Shown here piece after piece: positions 11,121 through 21,369 of a stretch of DNA of 64,000 bases. The notes under the pieces were generated by a model. The model searched no databases, had not been told where the DNA came from, and saw nothing but the letters and a program-made list of their open reading frames with translations. The position numbers were made by a program, and so were the translations under genes. The number at the start of each line of letters is the position of its first letter. The stretch's first letter is position 1. The DNA is from Desulfatiglandales bacterium (GTDB lineage Bacteria; Desulfobacterota; DSM-4660; Desulfatiglandales; HGW-15): contig CAXXJJ010000004.1 in the NCBI GenBank assembly GCA_963667015.2, positions 256,001-320,000 on the forward strand. Direction: 5' to 3'.

Positions 11121-11190
11121 TTGACAGGATTGAAAATAATTTGATATAGTTCCCCCTATTATCAATTTAATAGGGGGAACTATATCAAAT
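11121..11190 (+). promoter_or_regulatory. Transposase promoter (TTGACA-N18-TATAGT) overlapping a 23-bp inverted repeat covering the RBS and start
   Basis: ATTTGATATAGTTCCCCCTATTA-TCAATT-TAATAGGGGGAACTATATCAAAT. Confidence 0.75.
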
Positions 11191-12900
11191 GTACGCCCAA
11201 AAACCTCGGTTAAACGAAGCCTTGGAATTCTTTAAAAGCAATAAAATCGGAAGGTTAGACAATCTAAAACATGCACTTCATACCAATAGTACAATGACTG
11301 TTTTTCGATCACTCAAAGAGCTTAACTATCTTTCAAGTTATTCTCACAGGGGAAAGTACTACACCTTGCAGAACATTCCAAAATTTGATGAACTTGGTTT
11401 ATGGTCCTTTCAATCGGTGTGGTTTTCCCAATATGGCAATCTCGTTGAAACGGCAAAAGAGTTTGTGGAAAACTCAAACGCCGGCTATACAACTCACGAA
11501 CTTGAAGATATCCTTCATGTTGAAACCAAACACCCCCTTCTGAGTCTTTATAAGCAAGGACGAATCAACCGAGAGAAATTCGGGGGATACTATGTGTATC
11601 TTTCCAGTGAAGTGCATGATAAAAAAAGGCAGATTGCAGTTCGTAAAACAGGCGCTGAAAAATTTGAGGTTGACCTCTCATATGAAATTAAACTGCTCTC
11701 TGAGGAGCTGAAAGCAGCGATAATATTGTTTTTCAGTCTATTAGATGAAAAGCAGCGACGACTGTATGCTGGTTTGGAATCCTATAAATTGGGACATGGC
11801 GGAGATAACCAAATCGCAAAATTATTGGGATTGGATGTTCATACTGTTTCCAAAGGGCGTAGAGAATTATTCAGCCAGGATATAAAAGTCGATCGTATCC
11901 GCGAGAAAGGAGCCGGCAGAAAACCTGTGGAAAAAAAATTCCGCAGGTCACCGAAAGGATAAGAAAGCTTTTGAAATACGAAACAGCAGGCCATCCAATA
12001 AGCGGACTGAAGTGGACACGAAAAACCACGGAAAAAATATCCAGTGAACTGGAGTCTATTGGAATTATTGTTTCCGCAAATACAGTATGCAGGCTTTTAA
12101 AACAAATGGGCTTTTCCTTGAAAGTGAATTGTAAAAAAATAGAATCCGGGATAAGCAATCCGCCGGACCCGAAAAAAAGAGACCAGCAATTTGGCTATAT
12201 TGCCGATTTACGCGAAAAATTTACGAAACGACAACTTCCTGTTATCAGTGTTGATACCAAGAAAAAAGAGTTGATTGGGAACTTTAAAAACTGGGGAGAT
12301 TCCTGGCAGGAATCTCCCATTGAAGTTAAAGATCATGACTTCCCTAGTGATGCCAAAGGGAAAGCTATTCCATACGGTATCTATGATACACAAAAAAATA
12401 TCGGTACAGTTTTTCTGGGTGTTACACGGGATACGCCCTCTTTTGCTGTTGATTCCATTGAGACCTGGTGGAAGACCGAAGGGAAAGCCAATTATCCGGA
12501 TGTCAAAGAGCTGCTTATACTGGCTGATTCGGGCGGTAGCAACAGCTGCCGATCACGGGTGTGGAAATATAAAATCCAAAAAAATATTTGTAACCGGTAT
12601 GGATTATCCATCAGAGTCAGCCACTATCCTCCCGGTTCGTCAAAATGGAACCCTATCGAACATAGACTGTTTTCAGAGGTCAGCAAAAACTGGGCTGGAC
12701 GTCCGCTTGAATCGTATGAGACTGTTCTAAAATATATCCGTACTACAAAAACATCTACAGGCCTCAAGGTGAAAGCACATTTTGTCAGAAAAAATTATAA
12801 AACAGGAGAGAAAGTTTCTAACAAACAAATGGATCAAATAGCCATCAAAAATGGCCTATTACCTGAGTGGAATTATATTTTACATCCAACTAAAATGTGA
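11189..12900 (+). CDS. ISAzo13 family transposase in two ORFs, probable -1 frameshift at A8 (11931-11938)
   Basis: LDEKQRRLYAG, ISVDTKKKELIGNF, ADSGGSN, HYPPGSSKWNPIEHRLF. Confidence 0.92.
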
Positions 12901-14119
12901 TTTTATTTTTGAGTCATCCCTAAGTGTGAAAGCTAGTGGCGTAAAAATAATTGTCACGACAAGGTCGGGAGACTACAACACCATAATGGAGGGATTTTGT
13001 ATTATTGAAATATGCCCTCTAACGCCAGAACAAATTGAAGTAATCGCTAGAAGGTGGATTGAAGACCCACATGATTTTTTGAATTGCTTAAAAGAACTTC
13101 CCTATTATGATATTGCTGATAGACCTCTTTTATTGACACAATTAATTATTATTTATCAAAAATACGCTTTTTTACCTGAGCAACCTTCAGATGTATATAA
13201 GAGAATTATAAGACTTTTATTGGAGGAATGGGATGCACAGCGCAGTATAAAACGCACAACTAAATATTCTCGTTTTGACAACGAGCGGAAAGAGGACTTT
13301 TTGGCAGAATTAGCGTATCACTTAACCTATGTAGTTCAAGAAAAACAATTTTCAGAAAATCAACTTATAAATGTGTACGATAATATTTATAAAAAATACA
13401 ATTTGCCACTAAATGAGGGTAGGCAGGTAGCGCAAGAAATACAAACTCATAATGGAATAATAATTTCTGGTCCAGATAATACATATGAGTTTTCTCATCT
13501 ATCAATACAAGAATATCTTTGCGCCAGTTATTTAATAAGAGCACCTTTATTATTGGATATTTCTAAATACATTGAATTATATCATGCCCCTTTAGCGGTC
13601 GCTGTTTCGCTTTCTTCGAGTCCTGGCGCTTGGTTAGGAAATCTTTTCCTCTCAAAAGGTGACAATAAGGTTTATAAAGAAAATGAAATAATATCTTTCT
13701 TTAAAAGATTGAAAATCGAGAGACCATTTTTTGAAGATTCGGAAATATTAGGCTTAGCAGTTCTCCACCTGTTCGGCAAATATAGTAATAGCCAGTATGT
13801 GCGTTTTAGAGAAGTATTAGGAGATTTCGTCTTTGAGGTGAAAGGGGTTCTTGAGTCGATCGTGTTAGCACTAAGGTGGTATTTGTTATCCTTGTCATCC
13901 TCCGAAACAGGCCAATATGTAACCCTTAATTTAAAAAGAAATTCAATTAGTCCTTATAATTTTTTAATACCCTCAAGAGCTATGGTCCCGAAGAAAATAC
14001 TAAAATATATTTATGATAATATTGAGGGATTTAGAGGTGTGAGTGAACTAGTAAAAGGCAGGGAACGATCACTCACTAAAAAACAACTCATTAATTTATT
14101 TAAAGGTATTGATTAGAAT

Positions 14120-14569
14120 TGGTATGTAGACTTGAATATGTATAGAGCTGGAGTTGTAGAATATCCATCCGAATGGTCTTATTGCGGGTATAATGAAATT
14201 CAAAATCCACCACAAAGATATACCCTAATTAATTATGAAAAATTAATGCATCTACTCCAATTGAACAGTTATGAAGAGCTTAAATATTTCTGCAAATCCA
14301 GAGTTGATGAAGCAATTTGTGAGATGGATAAATTGAGAGAAAACAAATGGACAGAAAGTATTGTAGTCGGGAGTGAAAAGTTTATCGAAGTTACGAAGAA
14401 TCTGCTTGGTATTAAAGCAATAGGACGGGAGAAAGTAAACAATTGTAAAGGCTATGAGCTAAGAGAACCACCGATAGCTTATAACACTAATTTTGTACCT
14501 GAAAATGGTGTTTTAAGAATTGACAACACATATTATTGGGATGGTAATTTTATAATATCAGACAGATAG
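14120..14569 (+). pseudogene. 3' fragment of a REP-associated tyrosine (HUH/Y1, RAYT-like) transposase
   Basis: YVDLNMYRAGVVEYPSEWSYCGYNE resembles the RAYT Y-x-x-x-N...RAG-x-V...P..W motif; WTESIVVGSEKF; no N-terminal HUH part. Confidence 0.8.
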
Positions 14570-14702
14570 CTTGATCCGACCCCAATAACAATGGCTTTCG
14601 GATAATAAAAGTGGCAATGTCAAGGCTGACCTCGTTTGGTTCTTTTTCATGTATTAATGAGTCAAGGGCAGACTTTTACAACTAACTAAGGAAAAATCAA
14701 GA

Positions 14703-15887
14703 ATGGCAGATATGGAACAAATCGAAATTCTCAAAAAAGGAGCTAACTTCTGGAATGATTGGAGAAAAGAGCATTCTGAATTGATTATAGATCTCAGCAG
14801 CGCGGATCTTATCGGAGCGGAGTTTAACAGTATAAACCTTCACAGAGCTGATCTCAGTAGGGTCGACCTCGTCGATGCAGATCTAATAAATTCAGATCTT
14901 AGCGAAGCAACACTAGATGGTTCGAATCTTAGCAGAGCAAACCTCACAAGCTCTAACCTCAAGAGAGCAAACCTTTTAGGCGCGAATCTCACCGGTGCCA
15001 ATCTGAAAAGAGCTAATCTCGGCGAAGTGAACCTTACAAATGCGGACCTCACAGGTGCTGTTCTTACGGAGGCAGAGCTTAATATGGCCAACCTCAGTGA
15101 TGCAAACCTCAGCAGAACTATTATCAGTAGAGCTAATATTAAAAAGACGATTTTAAAAAGGGCAATTATAGGGAATACAATATTTTCATATTTGGATTTG
15201 TCCGATACTATTGAATTACAAACAATGTTGCATAGAGGACGCTCAACAATTGGAACAGACACTCTTTCCAGATCAAAAGGTAAAATATCTTCGAGTTTTC
15301 TACGTCAATGTGGGCTTTCACCATGGGAGATTGAGGTTGCCAAGCTATATAACCCAGATTTAAACCCTCATGAAATTGCAGAAATATTGGATGTGGAAAT
15401 TTTCAGCAAGCGAACTAGAGGCCCAATATATATTGGTGGCATATTTATTTCCTACTCTCATGAAAATTCGAATTTTATTGATAGAATTGAAGAAAAATTA
15501 AAGAAAGAAGGTGCCGCGGTATGGCGTGATATACATGGATTAAAAGCTGGCAGATTAACAAAACAGATAACCGATCAGATTAGAATCAGAGATATTTTAC
15601 TTATTGTTCTCTCTAAAGAATCGATAAACAGCGATTGGGTTGAAAATGAACTGGAACAGGCAAGAAAAAGAGAGATATTGGAAAATAGAGATATAATATG
15701 TCCAATAGCAATAGATGATTCTTGGAAAGAAAAAATAACTGGAGATCCTCTATGGCGTCAAGTATCTAAATACAATATTTTGAGCTTTTCAAAATGGGAA
15801 GATGATTTTTTCTTTAATGGACAATTTAAAAAGCTCGTATCAGGTATTAAAACAAACTACACAATATTCTATAATGGTGTGAACTGA
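14703..15887 (+). CDS. Pentapeptide-repeat protein with C-terminal TIR domain
   Basis: A(D/N)L.. repeats; IFISYSHEN, SINSDWVENE (TIR catalytic Glu position). Confidence 0.92.
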   Translation: MADMEQIEILKKGANFWNDWRKEHSELIIDLSSADLIGAEFNSINLHRADLSRVDLVDADLINSDLSEATLDGSNLSRANLTSSNLKRANLLGANLTGANLKRANLGEVNLTNADLTGAVLTEAELNMANLSDANLSRTIISRANIKKTILKRAIIGNTIFSYLDLSDTIELQTMLHRGRSTIGTDTLSRSKGKISSSFLRQCGLSPWEIEVAKLYNPDLNPHEIAEILDVEIFSKRTRGPIYIGGIFISYSHENSNFIDRIEEKLKKEGAAVWRDIHGLKAGRLTKQITDQIRIRDILLIVLSKESINSDWVENELEQARKREILENRDIICPIAIDDSWKEKITGDPLWRQVSKYNILSFSKWEDDFFFNGQFKKLVSGIKTNYTIFYNGVN

Positions 15888-15900
15888 ATCGGCTGAATCT

Positions 15901-16194
15901 GAATCGGGGTCGGACTAAGACAACCCATGTTAAATTCCCAAAGGGGACTGCTATGCAGTATTTAACAGGGTAGGCTACTTGGAATAATAAATTAAAAGCT
16001 GTAGAATCGCTCTATTTTAGAGCTCAAACCATTCTTTTTAAAAGTGTAAATAGACCAATAACAAGTGAGGGGTAAATGCAGCTTTTGATTATAACAATGG
16101 TGACCGGGCAGCTGAAATTATTTTACGACGTGATGATGGATTTGAAGATGTGTTACCTGTGAGCTTCTTTTTTTAGATCTGAATTGGAGTTTTT
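15901..16194 (+). repeat. Decayed duplicate of 25382-25706, including a 5' fragment of the methyltransferase gene
   Basis: Direct sequence match with internal deletion and indels. Confidence 0.9.
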
Positions 16195-16274
16195 GGAACG
16201 GGGACGTGGAGCGGGGACGTTGTTAGGTTATAAGGTTGGCGATAATAAACCTAATAACCTTACAGCGTCCCGCT
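16195..16274. repeat. GGGGACGTTGTT...ACAGCGTCCCGC long imperfect hairpin (REP-like)
   Basis: ~28-bp imperfect arms; related to the hairpins at 35168 and 35839. Confidence 0.7.
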
Positions 16275-16347
16275 TTTACACATTATTGTTTTAAAAATAG
16301 TGATAGCAATTAAACGTTAAAAATTATTTTTTATATCTGGAGGAATT

Positions 16348-18318
16348 ATGATCAGAAAAAAATATTTTAATCGCTATTTGATCCCAGTAATTGTAATTGC
16401 TTCAATTTATAATCTGGCCTCTTGTAATGCTCTGAAATCTACGATTTACAAAAAGCCTTCAGGAGAAGAGGTAGCTCAAGGTATACCTTATCTGCTCCCA
16501 ACCGGTATGATTGAGGTTTCATTAGAAGTTATTAAAAACGATAAAGGCGAATTTGAGTCAGTGGATATTATAAGTGACACAAAATTGATGCCTGATATGT
16601 CCCAATTATACGTTATTAATCCTGTTTCAGCCTTTTTAACACATAAAAATCAATCAATTGAACTAGACGGAGGGATGTTAAAAAGTGTGACAACAAATGA
16701 TGATGGTCAGGCAGATGAGATTATAAAATCTGCCATCGGGACATGGGTGAATATTTCTAAGGTTGGTGTGTTGAGCAATACAATTGAAGAAATTAAGAGT
16801 ATGGAGAGTATAGATTTTGGAAACCTACCTACGATGAAATTATTTTCAGGAATAGATATATCCAATTTAGAGAAGAATTTAGAAGATAATACTCCTTACG
16901 AAGAAATAATCAAAAGTTTAGTGAAAAAATATTCTGAGTTAAACGGCTTAGGTGAGGTCTTGGAAATTTTAAAAAATCTTTCAGAATATTATATGAAAAC
17001 TGAGCCTAATCTTTATCAGTATTTTGCTGCTACGAACTCTGAGAAAGAAGCATTACTAATTAATAGTAACGATCTTAGTAAGGTAGCGTTTTTGGGAAGC
17101 AACATATCAAATAAAAATATACAAACAAAGTATTTTGACCTGGAGATTAAACAGCAACTATCAAACTTTAACAATACTTATAAATATCCAGCCAACGGAC
17201 CAAAAACAATTGATGAAATAAAATTGAAGCATGAAGCTTCAGATAAAATATCAGTGTCAGGTATAATGGTGAAAGTACCTGAACCTATATTTTTTAAAGC
17301 TCAGTTGTCTGTTAATTCAGTAAATTTGTATTTATTCAGGTTGAAACAGTATAATGCAAAAATGAAGGACTTAAGAGATGAGCATGTCAAAATTGATGCC
17401 ACAGTTAATTGGGAGCATATCTCAACTTCTATTGAAAATTGGAACAAAAATAAAGAAAAAATTAAAAAAGAGATCTTAGAATTAGAAGAATCAATTGCTA
17501 ATTCTGAGAGAGAATTAAAAACTTGCACAAAGGCAAATCCTCCAAATTGTAAAGATATACAAACCAAGATAGATACTACTAATGGTAGAATAGAAACTCA
17601 GAAAAAAAAGTTGAACGAAACTGAAACGAAGATTAAGTCAGCTAGTAAAATTGAAAAAAATAAAAATAAACTTACTGATGAAATTCAACATAACCTTGTT
17701 TTACTACATAAAATGATGCTCTCTGGAGAGTACAAAGACCTTCGTGACATTGTGTTTGAGAAAGACTTCTATGCAATAGTCCCAAGCAAATTTGCAGTTA
17801 ACATTACTCTTAAAAATGCGAAGCTTGGTAAAACAACATATGATTTAAAATTGGATAGAGGAGTACTCACGAGTTTCAGTTTTAATAAACCAGCAGAGCT
17901 CGTAGAACTAGCTAAGTTGCCGCTCGTTATAACAGGAGAAATAGTTACGCAGCTCTCAAGTCTTATTACATTTAGAATAGATATGGTTGGTAAAACACAA
18001 GAATATATTGATGCAATGGTGAAATTGAAAGAGGCAGAGCATGAGCTTGATATATTGAAAATAAAACTAGAGCGGGATGACGTCACTTCTCTTTATGAGT
18101 ACGAGAAGCTGATCCTTGAATCACAATTAGACATTATTCAGAAATCTACGGAAATTCAAACTGCCATTATTGAAGGCTTATATAATAAAGATCTTAGCGA
18201 ATATGAAATCAGGAAAAAAATAATTGAGTTACAAGCGCAGATTTCGGAAAAACAGTTAATAATAGAGCAGAATAAAAAAGCTATAGATGAATTGAAAAGT
18301 GAAAAAGAAGGATATTAA
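16348..18318 (+). CDS. Large putative lipoprotein with long coiled coils, unknown function
   Basis: Lipobox LASC; K/E-rich heptads; SD GGAGG. Confidence 0.7.
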   Translation: MIRKKYFNRYLIPVIVIASIYNLASCNALKSTIYKKPSGEEVAQGIPYLLPTGMIEVSLEVIKNDKGEFESVDIISDTKLMPDMSQLYVINPVSAFLTHKNQSIELDGGMLKSVTTNDDGQADEIIKSAIGTWVNISKVGVLSNTIEEIKSMESIDFGNLPTMKLFSGIDISNLEKNLEDNTPYEEIIKSLVKKYSELNGLGEVLEILKNLSEYYMKTEPNLYQYFAATNSEKEALLINSNDLSKVAFLGSNISNKNIQTKYFDLEIKQQLSNFNNTYKYPANGPKTIDEIKLKHEASDKISVSGIMVKVPEPIFFKAQLSVNSVNLYLFRLKQYNAKMKDLRDEHVKIDATVNWEHISTSIENWNKNKEKIKKEILELEESIANSERELKTCTKANPPNCKDIQTKIDTTNGRIETQKKKLNETETKIKSASKIEKNKNKLTDEIQHNLVLLHKMMLSGEYKDLRDIVFEKDFYAIVPSKFAVNITLKNAKLGKTTYDLKLDRGVLTSFSFNKPAELVELAKLPLVITGEIVTQLSSLITFRIDMVGKTQEYIDAMVKLKEAEHELDILKIKLERDDVTSLYEYEKLILESQLDIIQKSTEIQTAIIEGLYNKDLSEYEIRKKIIELQAQISEKQLIIEQNKKAIDELKSEKEGY

Positions 18319-18457
18319 ACTAAAGTTTCGCAGTTAAATTTTATAAAAAAAAGAGGGATAAAAGTTTGAAAATATTGATAAAATAGTTGAAACGAAAACA
18401 TCGGGGTCAGCCCTTGACATGGGACAAAGTCAAGTTAATCTCCACCTAGAATAACTT

Positions 18458-18821
18458 GTTAAAAGCTTAAAGGTAATCAATATCCGGGATAACAAAATCC
18501 ATATTTATCGGAAATGGCAATGTTGCCAAATCCGATAAATAGAAAAAATAAAATAAAAATCATGTGTAATAAAAGACAGTTATCCATTTTCAGTATGTGA
18601 TAAATAGCCCTACAAAAATTGAAATCCGGACAATAAATGTTCTATTTAGGAAAAATGGCAACGTTGCCAAAATTACTAAATAGAAACGGCGAATCGAAAT
18701 TCTTTTGTAATTATATATGGTTATAAAAAAATCTTAATGGCTAAATAGCAGTCAAAATCGCGGGATATCTTTCTGTATAACATTCAAATAGTGAAGATAT
18801 ACAGAACTGCTCAATAACTTG
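18458..18821 (+). repeat. 363-bp non-coding module, copy 1, bounded by attI-like sites
   Basis: Aligns with 29800-30163; identical G-to-G spacing. Confidence 0.9.
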
Positions 18822-19061
18822 TTAGCTAAAAAGAAGGAGGCAATTTATAAAATGATTATTTCAAAAAAAATATTCTCAGCTTTGCCTATTCTGCTACTGG
18901 ATATTCCGGGTCTGATTTCCCCATGAGTCCGGCCATTGGCCCCAATCGATCCGGTAAAAAGTCCCAACCAATCCGGGGTAGTTCCCATCCAATTATGAGT
19001 CTCTATAATGAGTAAATGCATCAAGATTTGATGTAAATTCATTATAGAGGAGGTCACCTAA

Positions 19062-20594
19062 ATGACCAAATATCGAGAGATCCTTAGACTAAATAGTCTT
19101 GGGATCAACCAAAGCAGTACAGCCAAAGGCTGTGGATGCTCAAGAAAGACAGTACGTAAAGTGCTTAATCGAGCAAAGGAACTACAAATTGAATGGCCTT
19201 TAAAAGCTGAGACCACAGATGTTGAACTGAAGAAGCAACTATTCCCGGAAGAAACCTCCAGAGAACCATCACGTAAACACCCTGATTATGATTACTTAGC
19301 CAGGGAAATGATGCGAAACGGAGTAACCCTAAAGCTTCTGTGGAATGAGTACTGTGAGGAATGTAGACAGAGCAATGAGCTACCCCTCATGTACTCTCAG
19401 TTCTGTTTTCATTATCAGAAGTATTCTGAAAAAAAGCGTGCTACCATGCATATCCCTAGAAAACCGGGGGATCTTACAGAAGTTGACTGGGCAGGAGATA
19501 CAGCCTCTGTTATCGACAGAGATACAGGGGAGATTATCCCTGCATATATCTTTGTAGGAGTTCTTTCCTATAGCCTGTACACTTATGTAGAAGCCTTCTT
19601 CAAACAGGATATGGAAATCTGGATAACTGCCCATGTTAACATGTATAACTTCTTTGGAGGGACAACACGTATGCTTGTTCCCGACAATCTTAAAACAGGG
19701 GTTGAACGGAGCGACTGGTATACTCCGGTAATAAACAAAACCTACCGTGAAATGGCCGAACACTATGATACTGCAGTAATTCCCGCACGGGTTAAAAAGC
19801 CCAAAGATAAACCGAATGCTGAAGGCTCTGTAAAGGTGGTATCAGCATGGATTATCGCAGCTCTTCGTAATGAAAAGTTTTTTACTCTGGAAGAGTTGAA
19901 CAGGGAAATAAGCTTTAAACTGAACGGGTATAACCGCCGTAGCTTTCAAAAGAAAGAAGGCAGCCGATACAGTTTCTTTGAGGAAGAAAAGCCATTTATG
20001 GCACCGCTACCTGCTGCCTCCTATGAACTGGCAACCTGGAAACAGGCCACAGTCCAGTTCAATTATCATATATCTGTAGATAAGATGCAATACTCCGTGC
20101 CTTACGAATATATTAAGCAGAAGGTCGATGTGAGGCTAACAAAAAACATTGTAGAGGTGTTTTATCGCAACACCCGAATCTGTTCCCATATGCGTCTATA
20201 TGGGCGTCCTGGCCAGTACAGCAGCATCGAGGCTCATATGCCTGAAGATCATCAGAAATACCTGAAATGGGACAAAAGCCGTTTCATAGCATGGGCAGAA
20301 AAGATAGGTCCAAATACTGTTATTGCTATAAAATCCATACTCAACTCCTATAAGGTTGAACAGCAGGGTTATAAAAGCTGTATGGGGATTTTAAAGCTTG
20401 CAGATAAATACTCCCTGAATCGTCTGGAAGGTGCCTGTAAGAAGGCTTTATTTTATACTCCTCATCCGAGTTATAAGATAATTAAAAACATACTGACTAC
20501 AGGTCAGGACAAGGTTCCGGATAAAAAACAAAAAGAATCTTCAGCCCCGAATGAGCATGGCTTTACCCGCGGCGCCAAATATTACAGGAGGTAA
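19062..20594 (+). CDS. istA: IS21 transposase IstA
   Basis: VDWAG, PDNLKTGV, PKDKPNAE. Confidence 0.96.
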   Translation: MTKYREILRLNSLGINQSSTAKGCGCSRKTVRKVLNRAKELQIEWPLKAETTDVELKKQLFPEETSREPSRKHPDYDYLAREMMRNGVTLKLLWNEYCEECRQSNELPLMYSQFCFHYQKYSEKKRATMHIPRKPGDLTEVDWAGDTASVIDRDTGEIIPAYIFVGVLSYSLYTYVEAFFKQDMEIWITAHVNMYNFFGGTTRMLVPDNLKTGVERSDWYTPVINKTYREMAEHYDTAVIPARVKKPKDKPNAEGSVKVVSAWIIAALRNEKFFTLEELNREISFKLNGYNRRSFQKKEGSRYSFFEEEKPFMAPLPAASYELATWKQATVQFNYHISVDKMQYSVPYEYIKQKVDVRLTKNIVEVFYRNTRICSHMRLYGRPGQYSSIEAHMPEDHQKYLKWDKSRFIAWAEKIGPNTVIAIKSILNSYKVEQQGYKSCMGILKLADKYSLNRLEGACKKALFYTPHPSYKIIKNILTTGQDKVPDKKQKESSAPNEHGFTRGAKYYRR

Positions 20595-20598
20595 AGCC

Positions 20599-21369
20599 AT
20601 GATAAATACAGCAACCATCAACAAGTTGATTGAAATGCGCATGTCAGCCATGGCAAACGCTTTACGTACACAGATGCAGGATAACTCAATGTATGATTTA
20701 TCCTTTGAAGAGCGTATCGGAATGCTTGTGGACATTGAATACGACACTCGTAAAACCAACCGTCTGCATAGGTTGATAAGGAATGCTTCCTTTGACCAGC
20801 CTTCAGCCTCTATTGCTGATATAAATTACAGTTCAGGAAGAAAGCTCAATAAAAGTCTTATTAAACGTTTATCTACCTGTAACTACATTACTGATAGGCA
20901 CAATGTTATGGTCCTTGGAGCTACCGGTGCAGGAAAGTCCTATATTGCATGTGCATTAGGTATGGAGGCATGCAAACACCACTACACTGTGAAATACATC
21001 CGCCTCCCGGAATTGCTTGCGGAACTGGCAATAGCCAGAGGTGAAGGGTGCTTCAAGAAGGTCGTTAATCAGTATAAAAAATACAGGCTTTTAATTTTGG
21101 ATGAATGGATGCTTGTTTCTTTAATCGAAACTGAGGCAAGGGATCTCCTGGAAATAATCCATGCCCGTCATAAAAATGCATCCACTATTTTTTGTTCTCA
21201 GTTTGCACCTGCTGGCTGGTATAAGAAAATAGCAGAATCAACTTTAGCTGATGCCATCCTTGACCGAATTGTTCACGACTCTTACACCATTGAAATACAG
21301 TACATTGATAAAGATAACGACAAATCCATGAGGGAAGTTTACGGCATTAACAATAAAAAGAAAAATTAG
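20599..21369 (+). CDS. istB: IS21 ATP-binding helper IstB
   Basis: GATGAGKS, LLILDE, ADAILDRIVH. Confidence 0.96.
   Translation: MINTATINKLIEMRMSAMANALRTQMQDNSMYDLSFEERIGMLVDIEYDTRKTNRLHRLIRNASFDQPSASIADINYSSGRKLNKSLIKRLSTCNYITDRHNVMVLGATGAGKSYIACALGMEACKHHYTVKYIRLPELLAELAIARGEGCFKKVVNQYKKYRLLILDEWMLVSLIETEARDLLEIIHARHKNASTIFCSQFAPAGWYKKIAESTLADAILDRIVHDSYTIEIQYIDKDNDKSMREVYGINNKKKN

Larger units (their letters stand above)
11011..12920 (+). mobile_element. ISAzo13 family element (1910 bp)
   Basis: IRs GGGATGACTCAAAAATAAA / TTTATTTTTGAGTCATCCC; 3-bp TAA duplication at 11008-11010 and 12921-12923. Confidence 0.93.
10293..14116 (+). pseudogene. NACHT-domain NTPase interrupted by an ISAzo13-family element (636 aa when restored)
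   Basis: Walker A GEPGSGKTT, Walker B LFLDGLDE; IIVTTR, PLLL, FSHLSIQEYL after the IS; frame restored on removing the IS plus one TAA. Confidence 0.9.

Noticed and set aside
12851..12920. ORF-track N-terminus of the 421-aa ORF
   Set aside because: It derives from IS sequence; the ORF is the 3' half of the NACHT gene.
14703..15200. Qnr-type quinolone resistance protein
   Set aside because: The pentapeptide repeats are fused to a TIR domain, which is a different architecture.
18898..19000. ~20-bp periodic TCCGG...CCCA repeats (also 21385-21474) as a CRISPR array
   Set aside because: They lie inside the IS21 ends, where multiple transposase-binding repeats are normal; no spacers and no cas genes.
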